Shown: piece after piece, positions 38,148-46,803 of the stretch
Layout of the letters: each line of letters starts with the position of its first letter
How positions within the stretch are numbered: position 1 is the first letter of the stretch
From: Clostridia bacterium
Lineage (GTDB): Bacteria; Bacillota; Clostridia; TANB77; CAG-508
DNA: 64,000 bases
Assembly (NCBI GenBank): GCA_900752335.1
Contig: CAADUZ010000007.1
Location: forward strand, 29,388-93,387
Direction: 5' to 3'
The notes under the pieces: model-generated
Told to the model about the DNA's origin: nothing
Database searches by the model: none
The model's input: only the letters and a program-made list of their open reading frames with translations
Made by a program: the position numbers and the translations under genes

Positions 38148-38579
38148 ATGATTTCAAAAAGCAAAGTAACAGTTAGATATGCAGAAACAGATAAAATGGG
38201 AATTGTACATCATTCTGTTTACCCTATTTGGTATGAACTTGCTAGAACAGATTTATCTAAACAAGCAGGATTTCCATACTCAAAAATGGAAGAAGTTGGA
38301 GTTATGACTCCTTTGGTAGAGCTTAATTCAAAATATTACTCTCCTGCTTATTATGACGATAACCTTATTGTCACTGCTAGAGTAAGTAAGCTTAGCCCTG
38401 CAAGAATAGTTTTTTATTACGAAGTATTTAAAGAAAATGATATGACTAAACCTATTAATACTGGCTATACAGTTCATGCTCTTGTAAATATGGAAATGAA
38501 ACCTATTAATACAAAAAAACTTTTTCCTAAAATTTATGGATCTATGGAAAAAATGTTAGAAATAGACAATTTAGATTAA
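38148..38579 (+). CDS. Acyl-CoA thioesterase, 4HBT/YbgC family
   Basis: Start at ATG 38148 (RBS AAGGAGG, TGnTATAAT -10 upstream). V.VRYAETDKMGIVHHS.Y is the hotdog-fold signature. Confidence 0.85.
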   Translation: MISKSKVTVRYAETDKMGIVHHSVYPIWYELARTDLSKQAGFPYSKMEEVGVMTPLVELNSKYYSPAYYDDNLIVTARVSKLSPARIVFYYEVFKENDMTKPINTGYTVHALVNMEMKPINTKKLFPKIYGSMEKMLEIDNLD

Positions 38580-38593
38580 TTTGGAGGTATTTT

Positions 38594-39322
38594 ATGGCAG
38601 TGTTTGAAAATAAAACTAGAGTTGATATAAGTAAAGTAGATAGCAATGCTTTAATTACAAATAAAGGGTTACTTTCACTTTTAGAAAATACAGCTTGTAT
38701 GCATTCCGACATAGCTGGCTTTGGTATTATCGACATACCAAATACTCATTTATCTTGGGTACAATTAAATTGGAAAGTCCAAATTTTTAGAAGATTAAAA
38801 TATGGAGAGAATGTGATTATCAAAACATGGGCACGTACTTCTTCTAAAGTAAGTACTCTTCGTGATTTTGAGGTTTATGACAGTAATAATAATCTTACTT
38901 GTATTGCCACAACTAGATGGACTTTAGTTAATGCAGATACACAGACTATTACTAAAATAACTGATGATATTATCGATAGATATAACCCGGAAGAAAAGGC
39001 TGTTTTTCCAGATTTTATTTTTAAGAAATTAGAAGAACCAGCTGATTTTTCTAATGAATACGTGTATACTACTCAAAGAAGGGATATAGACGTAAATAAG
39101 CATATGCATAATTTAAATTATTTAGATTTAGCTTACGAAACTTTGCCAGAAGAAATTTATTTAAATAGCCATTTTAATAACATTGAGATAATGTATAAAT
39201 CTGCAATTGTTTTAGGTGATACTGTAAAGTGTTTATATACTAAAGAAGGCAATAAGCATATTATTGTTATAAAAAGTATATATGGAAAAAAACTACATTG
39301 TATAATTAATTTATTTCATTAA
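38594..39322 (+). CDS. Acyl-ACP thioesterase (FatA/B-like)
   Basis: 242 aa double hotdog. Pattern: L.N....A....G.G......L.W.....K..I.R....GE...I.TW, DIDVNKHMHNLNY. Confidence 0.8.
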   Translation: MAVFENKTRVDISKVDSNALITNKGLLSLLENTACMHSDIAGFGIIDIPNTHLSWVQLNWKVQIFRRLKYGENVIIKTWARTSSKVSTLRDFEVYDSNNNLTCIATTRWTLVNADTQTITKITDDIIDRYNPEEKAVFPDFIFKKLEEPADFSNEYVYTTQRRDIDVNKHMHNLNYLDLAYETLPEEIYLNSHFNNIEIMYKSAIVLGDTVKCLYTKEGNKHIIVIKSIYGKKLHCIINLFH

Positions 39323-39434
39323 TTCTTTTCTTCCTAATACATAAATCTGGTTGAAAGAATTTTAATTTTTTCAACCAGATTTACCATCATTTATTAAACT
39401 ATATATTATATATTACATTATTTTTATAATAAAA

Positions 39435-40238
39435 TTAATCTATTCTTTTTGCATGAACCACGACTCGGTATTTATTATCATTAGCACAAGTAGAAAGAGT
39501 TAAAATTGTATCTTCTGCAGAAACTTTTTCATTAAAATTTTTAATGCTTCTTCCTTTTACTTCTTCTATAAATTTTGAAAATTCATTGTCATCAAATTCT
39601 GTTTGAATATAATAATCTTCTTTTAATGTTTGATAAACAGAAAACACTCTATATTTGTAATTATTATCTTCTGTTGCAAATATTATATCCATATTTTCTT
39701 GATTATTGTACCAGCTTTCATCCAGAACATTTTTTAAAGTTCCGAACATAGAGCCATCACGTCTATTATGTCCAAAAATGACTATGTTTTTATCAGTTCC
39801 GTCAAATTTATTCTTATAATTTGCGAAAATCCATCCCGCTGAATTATAACTTTTGTCAAAACTATGTGTCAAATAATAAGAATTATCATTTGCTTTAACA
39901 ATAGGATATTCTATCTCTGTATTATTAACTTTTATCCATGCTACTGTGTCAGAATTTTGTTGTTTTAGAGCTTCAAAATCAATACTGTATTTGTCTTTAT
40001 CATTGTCTTCTTTTCCATTATCTATTGTCACATAACCCGAAATCTGTTTTGCTATTTCGTTATTTGATTTATTTTCTTTATACCATTTATATATTTCAAT
40101 AATAGAAAATATTATAATCCCTAGAAAAATAATTTGTAAAATAATAATTATTTTAGATAATAATTTTTTATTATTTTTTTGCTTACATTGTTTCTTTTCT
40201 TTTTTTATTTCTTTTCTACTTTTTGAATGTTTTCCCAT
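39435..40238 (-). CDS. srtB: Class B sortase
   Basis: 267 aa with an N-terminal TM. Contains IDFEALKQQNSDTVAWIKVNNTEIEYPIV, IFGHN..DGSMFG and the catalytic TLSTC. Confidence 0.9.
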   Translation of the reverse strand: MGKHSKSRKEIKKEKKQCKQKNNKKLLSKIIIILQIIFLGIIIFSIIEIYKWYKENKSNNEIAKQISGYVTIDNGKEDNDKDKYSIDFEALKQQNSDTVAWIKVNNTEIEYPIVKANDNSYYLTHSFDKSYNSAGWIFANYKNKFDGTDKNIVIFGHNRRDGSMFGTLKNVLDESWYNNQENMDIIFATEDNNYKYRVFSVYQTLKEDYYIQTEFDDNEFSKFIEEVKGRSIKNFNEKVSAEDTILTLSTCANDNKYRVVVHAKRID

Positions 40239-40358
40239 AAATTCCCTGCCTTTTGAAATTTTTTAATATATATGATAAAATATGCACTTAATACAAAGAA
40301 AAAAGTGCATATTTTATTTTATATTTTTATATAAATTTTTGTGTGTTTCAGTATTATC

Positions 40359-42209
40359 TTAATTTTTATTTCTTATTCTAGATAAAATAATCATTCCTAA
40401 TGCAGCAAAACTTAATAATGTAATATAAATAATAATATTATCTCCAGTAATAGGATTTTCTATATTATCTTCTACTCCATTATCATTTAAAGTATCAATG
40501 TAAGTAATTGCATAAGTAGAATATTTGTCAGAACTAAATGTTAAAGTTCCATCTTCATTATAAGTAGTTTCTAGTTCTTCAGCTACGCCATCGTGAACTC
40601 TAATGACTGTATATTTCCTTGTATATCCTTCTTCAACTTCTGAAATTCCTTCAGGGATAGGTACAGTTATTTGAATTGCTTTGTTTAATTGTGTAAGTTT
40701 TGTTATTTCAGTTCCTTGAGTATCTTTAATAATTATATCAATATTATAATATCCTGCAATTTTTTCATTATCTTGTATAATTGCTTCAACTTTTGAAGCA
40801 TCTTCTTCTATTTCTTCGCTATTAATTATGTCACTTGCTACATTAACAACTAATTTTTCACCATCTTTAACAGCAGTTTGAATAGCTTCTTTTTGTTCAG
40901 GAGTCAAGCCATCAATTTCTTCTCCACTTATTATTTGCTCTACTATTTCGTTTACAACTTGTTCAGTATAATTATCTTCATCTGTATTTTCTTCTGCAAT
41001 TATTTCATATACTACCACACTTACTTCTTTAGTCATTCCATTTGCTAGAGTTGCTGTTATTGTAGCTTTTCCAACTTGGTTAGCAGTAATTTTATTATCT
41101 TTAACAGAAACTATTGAATCATCACTAGATGAAATTGTTAAATATTTTTCTAAATTGTTAGTAACACTTATTCCTAAATCTTTTATTGAGCCTTTAGATA
41201 TAATAATTTCATTAGATTCTATAGATATTTCTCCTGTTTTTGCAACTTCATATCCTGAAGTTGTTTTATATGTAGAATATCCTGATGCAAGCTCGTCTTT
41301 TACGTCATAGTTGTATGTTCCACCTGTTATAGTTTTAGAATAATCTTTTTTATCTGTAGAATTTTGTACATTTATTAAGTTTTTAAATGTTCCACCTGTA
41401 ATTGTTAATGTTCCTGTTGTCCAAGTTCTAATAATATATTTAGCATCAAAGTCTCCGCCAGATATATTTAATCTAGTTGCTTCATATCCCTCTGAACCAT
41501 TACCATAAAATAAAGAGATATCACAGTATCCTTTGTATTTACCACCTAATACTTCTACATCGCCTGTAGCTTGAATTAGAGTACCATTAGCACTAGTAAA
41601 TTCTCCAGAATTTATAGTTGTTTTAGACCAGTCATCACTCTTAATTGTAGATGTAGTAGTATATTGTGTAAATGTTCCACCATCTATAGTTAATATAGCT
41701 ACGGGCTCACTTCCTGTTGGAACTTGAACATTTCTATCATTTGCATTACCAGTTTTTAAACCATCATACCATCCATTAGCAATAAGGCTAGAATTTCCTG
41801 TGTTATTTGTATCTTGGGTAAATATTCCTCCTTTTATTACCATTTTTCCTAAATTTTTAACAGTATACCATTTTGTTGAATTGTATGTACCTGATTCTAC
41901 TGTAACTGTACCTCCAAGATTCACAATAGCACCTTGAGTACTATTTACTTCGCTACCTTCGCCTTTTATTATCGCTGTTGCTCCTTTTTCTACTGTGATA
42001 GCATCTCCATCTACTGTTAAATCATAACCATTTAAATTGATTGTGACATTGCTACCACTTTTTACTACTATAGCTTCTGTTGAATCTGTTTCTAATGTAT
42101 AATCTTCTGTAACTTCTGTTTTTGCACTTACAACATTTATACAGCTTATAGCAATTAAACATAGTGTAGCAATCAACATTATTAATAATAATTTGTTTTT
42201 AGTTTTCAT
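40359..42209 (-). CDS. Cell-surface protein (beta-helix-like repeats, Big_2-like Ig domain) with a C-terminal sorting signal NPITG + TM + basic tail
   Basis: Start at ATG 42209 (RBS GGAGA), with a signal peptide. Repeated GG(T/I/K)F / G.Y segments. C-terminus: ENPITGDNIIIYITLLSFAALGMIILSRIRNKN. Confidence 0.75.
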   Translation of the reverse strand: MKTKNKLLLIMLIATLCLIAISCINVVSAKTEVTEDYTLETDSTEAIVVKSGSNVTINLNGYDLTVDGDAITVEKGATAIIKGEGSEVNSTQGAIVNLGGTVTVESGTYNSTKWYTVKNLGKMVIKGGIFTQDTNNTGNSSLIANGWYDGLKTGNANDRNVQVPTGSEPVAILTIDGGTFTQYTTTSTIKSDDWSKTTINSGEFTSANGTLIQATGDVEVLGGKYKGYCDISLFYGNGSEGYEATRLNISGGDFDAKYIIRTWTTGTLTITGGTFKNLINVQNSTDKKDYSKTITGGTYNYDVKDELASGYSTYKTTSGYEVAKTGEISIESNEIIISKGSIKDLGISVTNNLEKYLTISSSDDSIVSVKDNKITANQVGKATITATLANGMTKEVSVVVYEIIAEENTDEDNYTEQVVNEIVEQIISGEEIDGLTPEQKEAIQTAVKDGEKLVVNVASDIINSEEIEEDASKVEAIIQDNEKIAGYYNIDIIIKDTQGTEITKLTQLNKAIQITVPIPEGISEVEEGYTRKYTVIRVHDGVAEELETTYNEDGTLTFSSDKYSTYAITYIDTLNDNGVEDNIENPITGDNIIIYITLLSFAALGMIILSRIRNKN

Positions 42210-42371
42210 CTTTTTCTCCTTTCTTAAATTTAAAATAATCTTCTTCCACACTCACAAAATTTTTATATAAAAACTTTTCGTATGTATTATATCAAAGCCC
42301 ATAATAAAAATCAAGCATAACACTTATAGTTTTAATAACTATTTATGTATTTCTAAGATATACTTTCCATA

Positions 42372-44183
42372 CTATTTAAAAAATATATTCCTATTATCAT
42401 TTTGATTTATTATATTATTTTTTTGCTCTTCTCTAAATTTTTCCATAAACGGTAAATAGTAAGAATCGTCATTATCTACATAATCGTCTTTTGTAATACC
42501 ATAATGGTTAATTAATGTATCTTCCTTAACTCTAAAACTTTTATCTATATAGTTTGCAACTTCTTTATCAAATAACATTTTTGTATAATACATTACGTCA
42601 TTATGATCCTTCAATTTATCCATTCCTGCTGCATAATAGTATGTAGACTTAACTATAATTTTCTCTAACGGATTTTCAATTAAATTATCCGCTATAAAGC
42701 TTAAGTCTTCTAATATTTTACTTGCTTTTTCGTACTCTTCATCCATAATATATAAAATTGCCAGAAAATACTTTGCTCCCATACCCATTTGTTCACATGG
42801 TAGTATGCTCATGTCCTTTAAACTTAATAAAATAGATAGTTTTTCATACCCAATTTTTTTAACTATAACTTCCATTATTTGTATAACTTCTTTTATATTA
42901 CTAACATTTATATTTTGAAAATCTTTCAGAAGAGCTTGCATCGTAACAAATAAATTAAAATGCGTAGCTTTTGAGTCAAAAGTTTCCTCACTCATTCCTG
43001 GCACAGCAATACTAAAGCTTGGAAACCCTAATACTGAAACATCTCTTATTAATATATCCTTGCCTTCTTCTAGAATAGCATTTACCATGTTTTTAAGTAT
43101 GGTTTTATTATCTAAATTTGAAACTTCTGGCATTTCTGTAAATTCATAATCCGGCTTATTTCCTATTGCTTGATATGGTGCTGCTGTAAAATGAGTAAAT
43201 ATGTATTCTGTTATATTTCTATCTTCTGTTCCTTCTCCATCGTAAAAGTCAAAAATGCAATTTTCTGCATATTCGTATATATCTTTTCCCTGTGCAGCTT
43301 CCGTAAAGCATCTTTCCATAGCTATTCCATAATCAGGATGAGCACCTAGCTTAAAGCCAAATCTTCCTGTGTTTTTTTCTAATATGTATAACCCTGCAAC
43401 AGGGTATTTTCCGCCAAAGGAGCAGTCTACTAATCTAAAATAATATTCTGTATTTTCCTTTAATTTGTCTACCATTTTCTTAACTTTAGGAAATTTTTTT
43501 ATATAGTTCATTGGTATTTCTGGTAAGGTTATCTTTTCCTTAACCATTTTTGTACCAGCATATCTTTCTAATATTTCAGATAGTCCTTCGATTAAAGCTT
43601 CTTCTTTAGAATTACCTGCACACATTCCATTTGTATCATACAAATAACTAAAAAGCCTATCCGGTATATATTCTATATCTTTATTTTTCACGCTATAATA
43701 TGGCAAATAATTGTATTCTTCTTTTGGTGTTAATTTTGATTTCTCATTTAATACTTCTTTTATGTATTCTATCTGTTCTTGTTTGCTTAAATTTTTCTTT
43801 TGATTTTGCTCTAAAATATATTCAAAAAAGCTATTGTTGCCTGCTATTAGCTCTTCTACAGATAAATGTTTTTCATCTGGCGAATTTGAAAACGGAAGCT
43901 TTTTAGTTGGTTTTTCCATTCTAAATCTAAACATTCCATTTTGAAATCTCTCAAAAAACTCTGCATATGCACTAGCCATAGCAAATTCTTTCGTCATACC
44001 TTTTCCATTTTGTCCAATATCTGTTCCTTTAACCCTAACTCTTAAAGAATAAGTGCCAACACTGCTCTCATTAGACCATACTTCCTCCACTTCGATTCCT
44101 AATTTGTTTAATAAGTATTTTAACCTTTCTACAGTTTGCATTGGACTTACCTCTTTATACCTTCTCTCTTGTAAACTACTCAT
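42372..44183 (-). CDS. ycaO: YcaO-family protein (full-length E. coli YcaO type)
   Basis: Start at ATG 44183 (RBS GGAGGA). Aligns along its length with E. coli YcaO as recalled: NGKGMTKEFAMASAYAEFFER, NGMCAGNSKEEALIEGLSEILERY, LPEIP, GGKYPVAGL, GAHPDYGIAMERCFTE. Confidence 0.8.
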   Translation of the reverse strand: MSSLQERRYKEVSPMQTVERLKYLLNKLGIEVEEVWSNESSVGTYSLRVRVKGTDIGQNGKGMTKEFAMASAYAEFFERFQNGMFRFRMEKPTKKLPFSNSPDEKHLSVEELIAGNNSFFEYILEQNQKKNLSKQEQIEYIKEVLNEKSKLTPKEEYNYLPYYSVKNKDIEYIPDRLFSYLYDTNGMCAGNSKEEALIEGLSEILERYAGTKMVKEKITLPEIPMNYIKKFPKVKKMVDKLKENTEYYFRLVDCSFGGKYPVAGLYILEKNTGRFGFKLGAHPDYGIAMERCFTEAAQGKDIYEYAENCIFDFYDGEGTEDRNITEYIFTHFTAAPYQAIGNKPDYEFTEMPEVSNLDNKTILKNMVNAILEEGKDILIRDVSVLGFPSFSIAVPGMSEETFDSKATHFNLFVTMQALLKDFQNINVSNIKEVIQIMEVIVKKIGYEKLSILLSLKDMSILPCEQMGMGAKYFLAILYIMDEEYEKASKILEDLSFIADNLIENPLEKIIVKSTYYYAAGMDKLKDHNDVMYYTKMLFDKEVANYIDKSFRVKEDTLINHYGITKDDYVDNDDSYYLPFMEKFREEQKNNIINQNDNRNIFFK

Positions 44184-44327
44184 TTTATTCCTCCTCGATT
44201 CATATTTCGACAAAATTCTATCATTTTCTATCTATTTTGTTTCTAATATTATATGAAAAGGCATTTATCCGATATGAAAATTTTATATTTTAGTTTCGTA
44301 TAATAAAACGAGGTTTTTATAAAATTC

Positions 44328-44461
44328 TGGAACAAGGGGACACACATTTTGTTCCAAAAATGAAAATTGGGGACAGACATAGTAAACTAAAATCATTATA
44401 GTTTTTGAATGTCTGTCCCTTTGTTTCAAAAGTGGAACAAAATGTGTGTCCCCTTGTTTCA
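44328..44461. repeat. 134-bp nested palindromic element (fullest member of the TGGAACAAGGGGACACACATTTTGTTCCA family)
   Basis: The outer inverted 29-mers at both ends flank the inner inverted pair GGGGACAGACAT / ATGTCTGTCCC. Located between trxA and ycaO. Confidence 0.8.
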
Positions 44462-44470
44462 CTTTTCATT

Positions 44471-44782
44471 TTATTTTAACATATTTTTTATTTCTTCTTT
44501 GTCTTGTACACCAACACTTCTTCCTGCTTCGTTTCCATTTTTGAATACTATAAATGTTGGTATGCTCATTACGTCGTATTTTATTGCTAATTCTTTTTCT
44601 TCGTCAATATTTATTTTTCCTACTTTTATATTTTCTCCCATTTCTTCTGCTATTTCGTCAATAACTGGGCTCATCATTCTGCAAGGTCCGCACCAACTAG
44701 CCCAAAAGTCTATTAATACTATCTTTTCAGATTTTAGAACTTCTTCCTCAAAATTATTTTTATTTATTGTTATAACTGACAT
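44471..44782 (-). CDS. trxA: Thioredoxin
   Basis: 103 aa with the WCGPC active site. Confidence 0.93.
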   Translation of the reverse strand: MSVITINKNNFEEEVLKSEKIVLIDFWASWCGPCRMMSPVIDEIAEEMGENIKVGKINIDEEKELAIKYDVMSIPTFIVFKNGNEAGRSVGVQDKEEIKNMLK

Positions 44783-44801
44783 AAAATTTCCTCCCTATTT
44801 T

Positions 44802-45665
44802 TTATTCATTATTCAAATTTAAATTTTTAATTATATCCAGTGCTGCAACTGCACCTTCGTACACGGCTTTGTTAACTTGTAGTAAGCCACCTGTGCAGTC
44901 ACCACATGCATATAGCCCTCTTACTGTAGTTTGCATGTTTTCATTAGTTACTATATTGTTTGCTTTTATTACAGCACCAATTTTTCGTGCCAAATCCACA
45001 CTAGATGCAGTACCAATAGCAATAAATACACCATCTATCGCTTTTGTACTATTATTCTCAAATTCTACCTCTTTTATTACATTATCTCCTCTAAATTCTC
45101 GTATTGGTGTTTCGTCGACTTCAAAATCTGATGCATTTCTATTTTCTATCATTTTTTGTCCATTTGTTAGAATAGTTACAGAGTTTGCAATTAGTTTTAA
45201 TGTTTCCGCTTCATGGATTGCATAATTTCCACTTCCTACTACCGCTACATTTTTGTCCTTGTAGAAAAAGCCATCACAAATTGCACAGTAACTAATTCCT
45301 TTTCCTTCAAATTCTTTTATTCCTTTTACTTTAGGTGCTGCTCTGTTTGTTCCTGTTGCAATTACTACATATTTTGTTTCATATTCACTATTTACCGTTC
45401 TTACAATAAAATGCTTTTCAAAAGAAATATTAGTTACTTCGTCTTTTACCATTGGAATTTCTAATTCTTCTGCTTGTTTTATTCCTACATTATATAGGTC
45501 TTCTCCTGAAATTGACATTACACCATAATAATTTTCTATTTTATTTGTTCTTTTTAGTGCAGAATTTCCATCTGTTATTATACATACATTTTTTTGTGCT
45601 CTTTTTAAGTATATACTTGCAGAAATTCCAGCAGGTCCGCTTCCTATTACAATAACGTCATACAT
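44802..45665 (-). CDS. trxB: Thioredoxin-reductase-family flavoprotein (NADPH-binding signature apparently absent)
   Basis: 287 aa with FAD motif GSGPAG and redox CAICDG. The second dinucleotide site reads VVGSGNYAIHEAETL...ILTNGQK rather than GGGNSA...HRRD.FR. Confidence 0.85.
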   Translation of the reverse strand: MYDVIVIGSGPAGISASIYLKRAQKNVCIITDGNSALKRTNKIENYYGVMSISGEDLYNVGIKQAEELEIPMVKDEVTNISFEKHFIVRTVNSEYETKYVVIATGTNRAAPKVKGIKEFEGKGISYCAICDGFFYKDKNVAVVGSGNYAIHEAETLKLIANSVTILTNGQKMIENRNASDFEVDETPIREFRGDNVIKEVEFENNSTKAIDGVFIAIGTASSVDLARKIGAVIKANNIVTNENMQTTVRGLYACGDCTGGLLQVNKAVYEGAVAALDIIKNLNLNNE

Positions 45666-45676
45666 ATTTATTCCTC

Positions 45677-46669
45677 CTATAAATTATATATATTTTTAAA
45701 AGCATATCCTTTATCTTGTAAATACTCTATTACAGCTTCTAATGTTTTATACGTTATTTCTTTATCTGGTGCATCATGCATTAGAATAACTACATTATTC
45801 CATCCATTCATTGTTTTTTTTAAATTAGCTAATACTTCTTTTTCAGTGTTTGCACCTTCTGCATCATAGGTGAGTGCGCTCCAGTCTAAATATGCTATTC
45901 CTTGCTTGTTTAGTTCTTTTCTCGCTTTTTTCTTTATATTTTCATAAGGTCCACCATATGCCCCACCTGGAAATCTAAACAAATTGCTTGAATATTCTGG
46001 ATTTCCAGTTGCTTCTCTTATTGCCTCTTCTGTTTTATTATATTCTTCTAAAACAGTATTAGTATTTTTATATATCTTGCTATATTTATGTGAATAGCCA
46101 TGGTTTGCTATATAATGTCCTGAATCGTATGCCCTTTTTACTATATCTGGGTGTGACTTCACATTGCATCCAAGCACAAAAAAGGTGGCTTTTATATCAT
46201 ATTTATCTAATATATCTAGTATCTTTGGTGTAACTGCCTCTGATGGTCCATCATCAAATGTTAAAAATACCCTTTTTCCTTCTTCTCCATTATATATATT
46301 ATCTACTTTATTTATAAATTCCTTGTTTTTCTGTTCCTCTACCGGTTTAGCTTCACTTTCTTGTTGCTGTACCTCGTTCTCCTTGTCTGGCTTATTGCTA
46401 TTATCAGATACGTCCTTATTATTTTCTGCAGAATTATTTTCTCCTTTTGGATTTGTATTAACATTTGTATGCGAATTTTTCTGTTCTTCTTCAATAATAT
46501 TATCAGTATCTTTAAGCACTACATTGGCAGATGCTAGCATTGCTTCTTTTTTGTTATGTAAAATATGCCCAATACTAAATAGGGCCAGTATTATTGATAT
46601 TATTATGATTGCTATAATAATTTTTAAATTTCTTCTTCTTCTCATTCCTACTATGTCTATGTGGTACAT
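45677..46669 (-). CDS. Membrane-anchored polysaccharide deacetylase (NodB domain)
   Basis: 330 aa with a TM anchor and a low-complexity linker. NodB blocks: LTFDDGPSE, ATFFVLG, HGYSH. Confidence 0.85.
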   Translation of the reverse strand: MYHIDIVGMRRRRNLKIIIAIIIISIILALFSIGHILHNKKEAMLASANVVLKDTDNIIEEEQKNSHTNVNTNPKGENNSAENNKDVSDNSNKPDKENEVQQQESEAKPVEEQKNKEFINKVDNIYNGEEGKRVFLTFDDGPSEAVTPKILDILDKYDIKATFFVLGCNVKSHPDIVKRAYDSGHYIANHGYSHKYSKIYKNTNTVLEEYNKTEEAIREATGNPEYSSNLFRFPGGAYGGPYENIKKKARKELNKQGIAYLDWSALTYDAEGANTEKEVLANLKKTMNGWNNVVILMHDAPDKEITYKTLEAVIEYLQDKGYAFKNIYNL

Positions 46670-46803
46670 TTTATATCGCAGCTCCTAACTAATTATTATA
46701 TTTTTTATATGTTTTTTTGCAACTACATTTTAACAAATTTTTTTATTAGTATCAATAGTAAAAGTAAAAATAGGCATGAATTATTCACGCCTATTTCTTA
46801 ATT

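Noticed and set aside
42372-44183. YcaO gene as the core of a RiPP (thiazole/oxazole or thioamide) cluster
   Set aside because: The protein aligns end-to-end with the E. coli-type stand-alone YcaO. No E1-like or TfuA partner, dehydrogenase or precursor peptide gene is adjacent, and its neighbours are a surface protein gene and trxA. I treat it as the housekeeping class.
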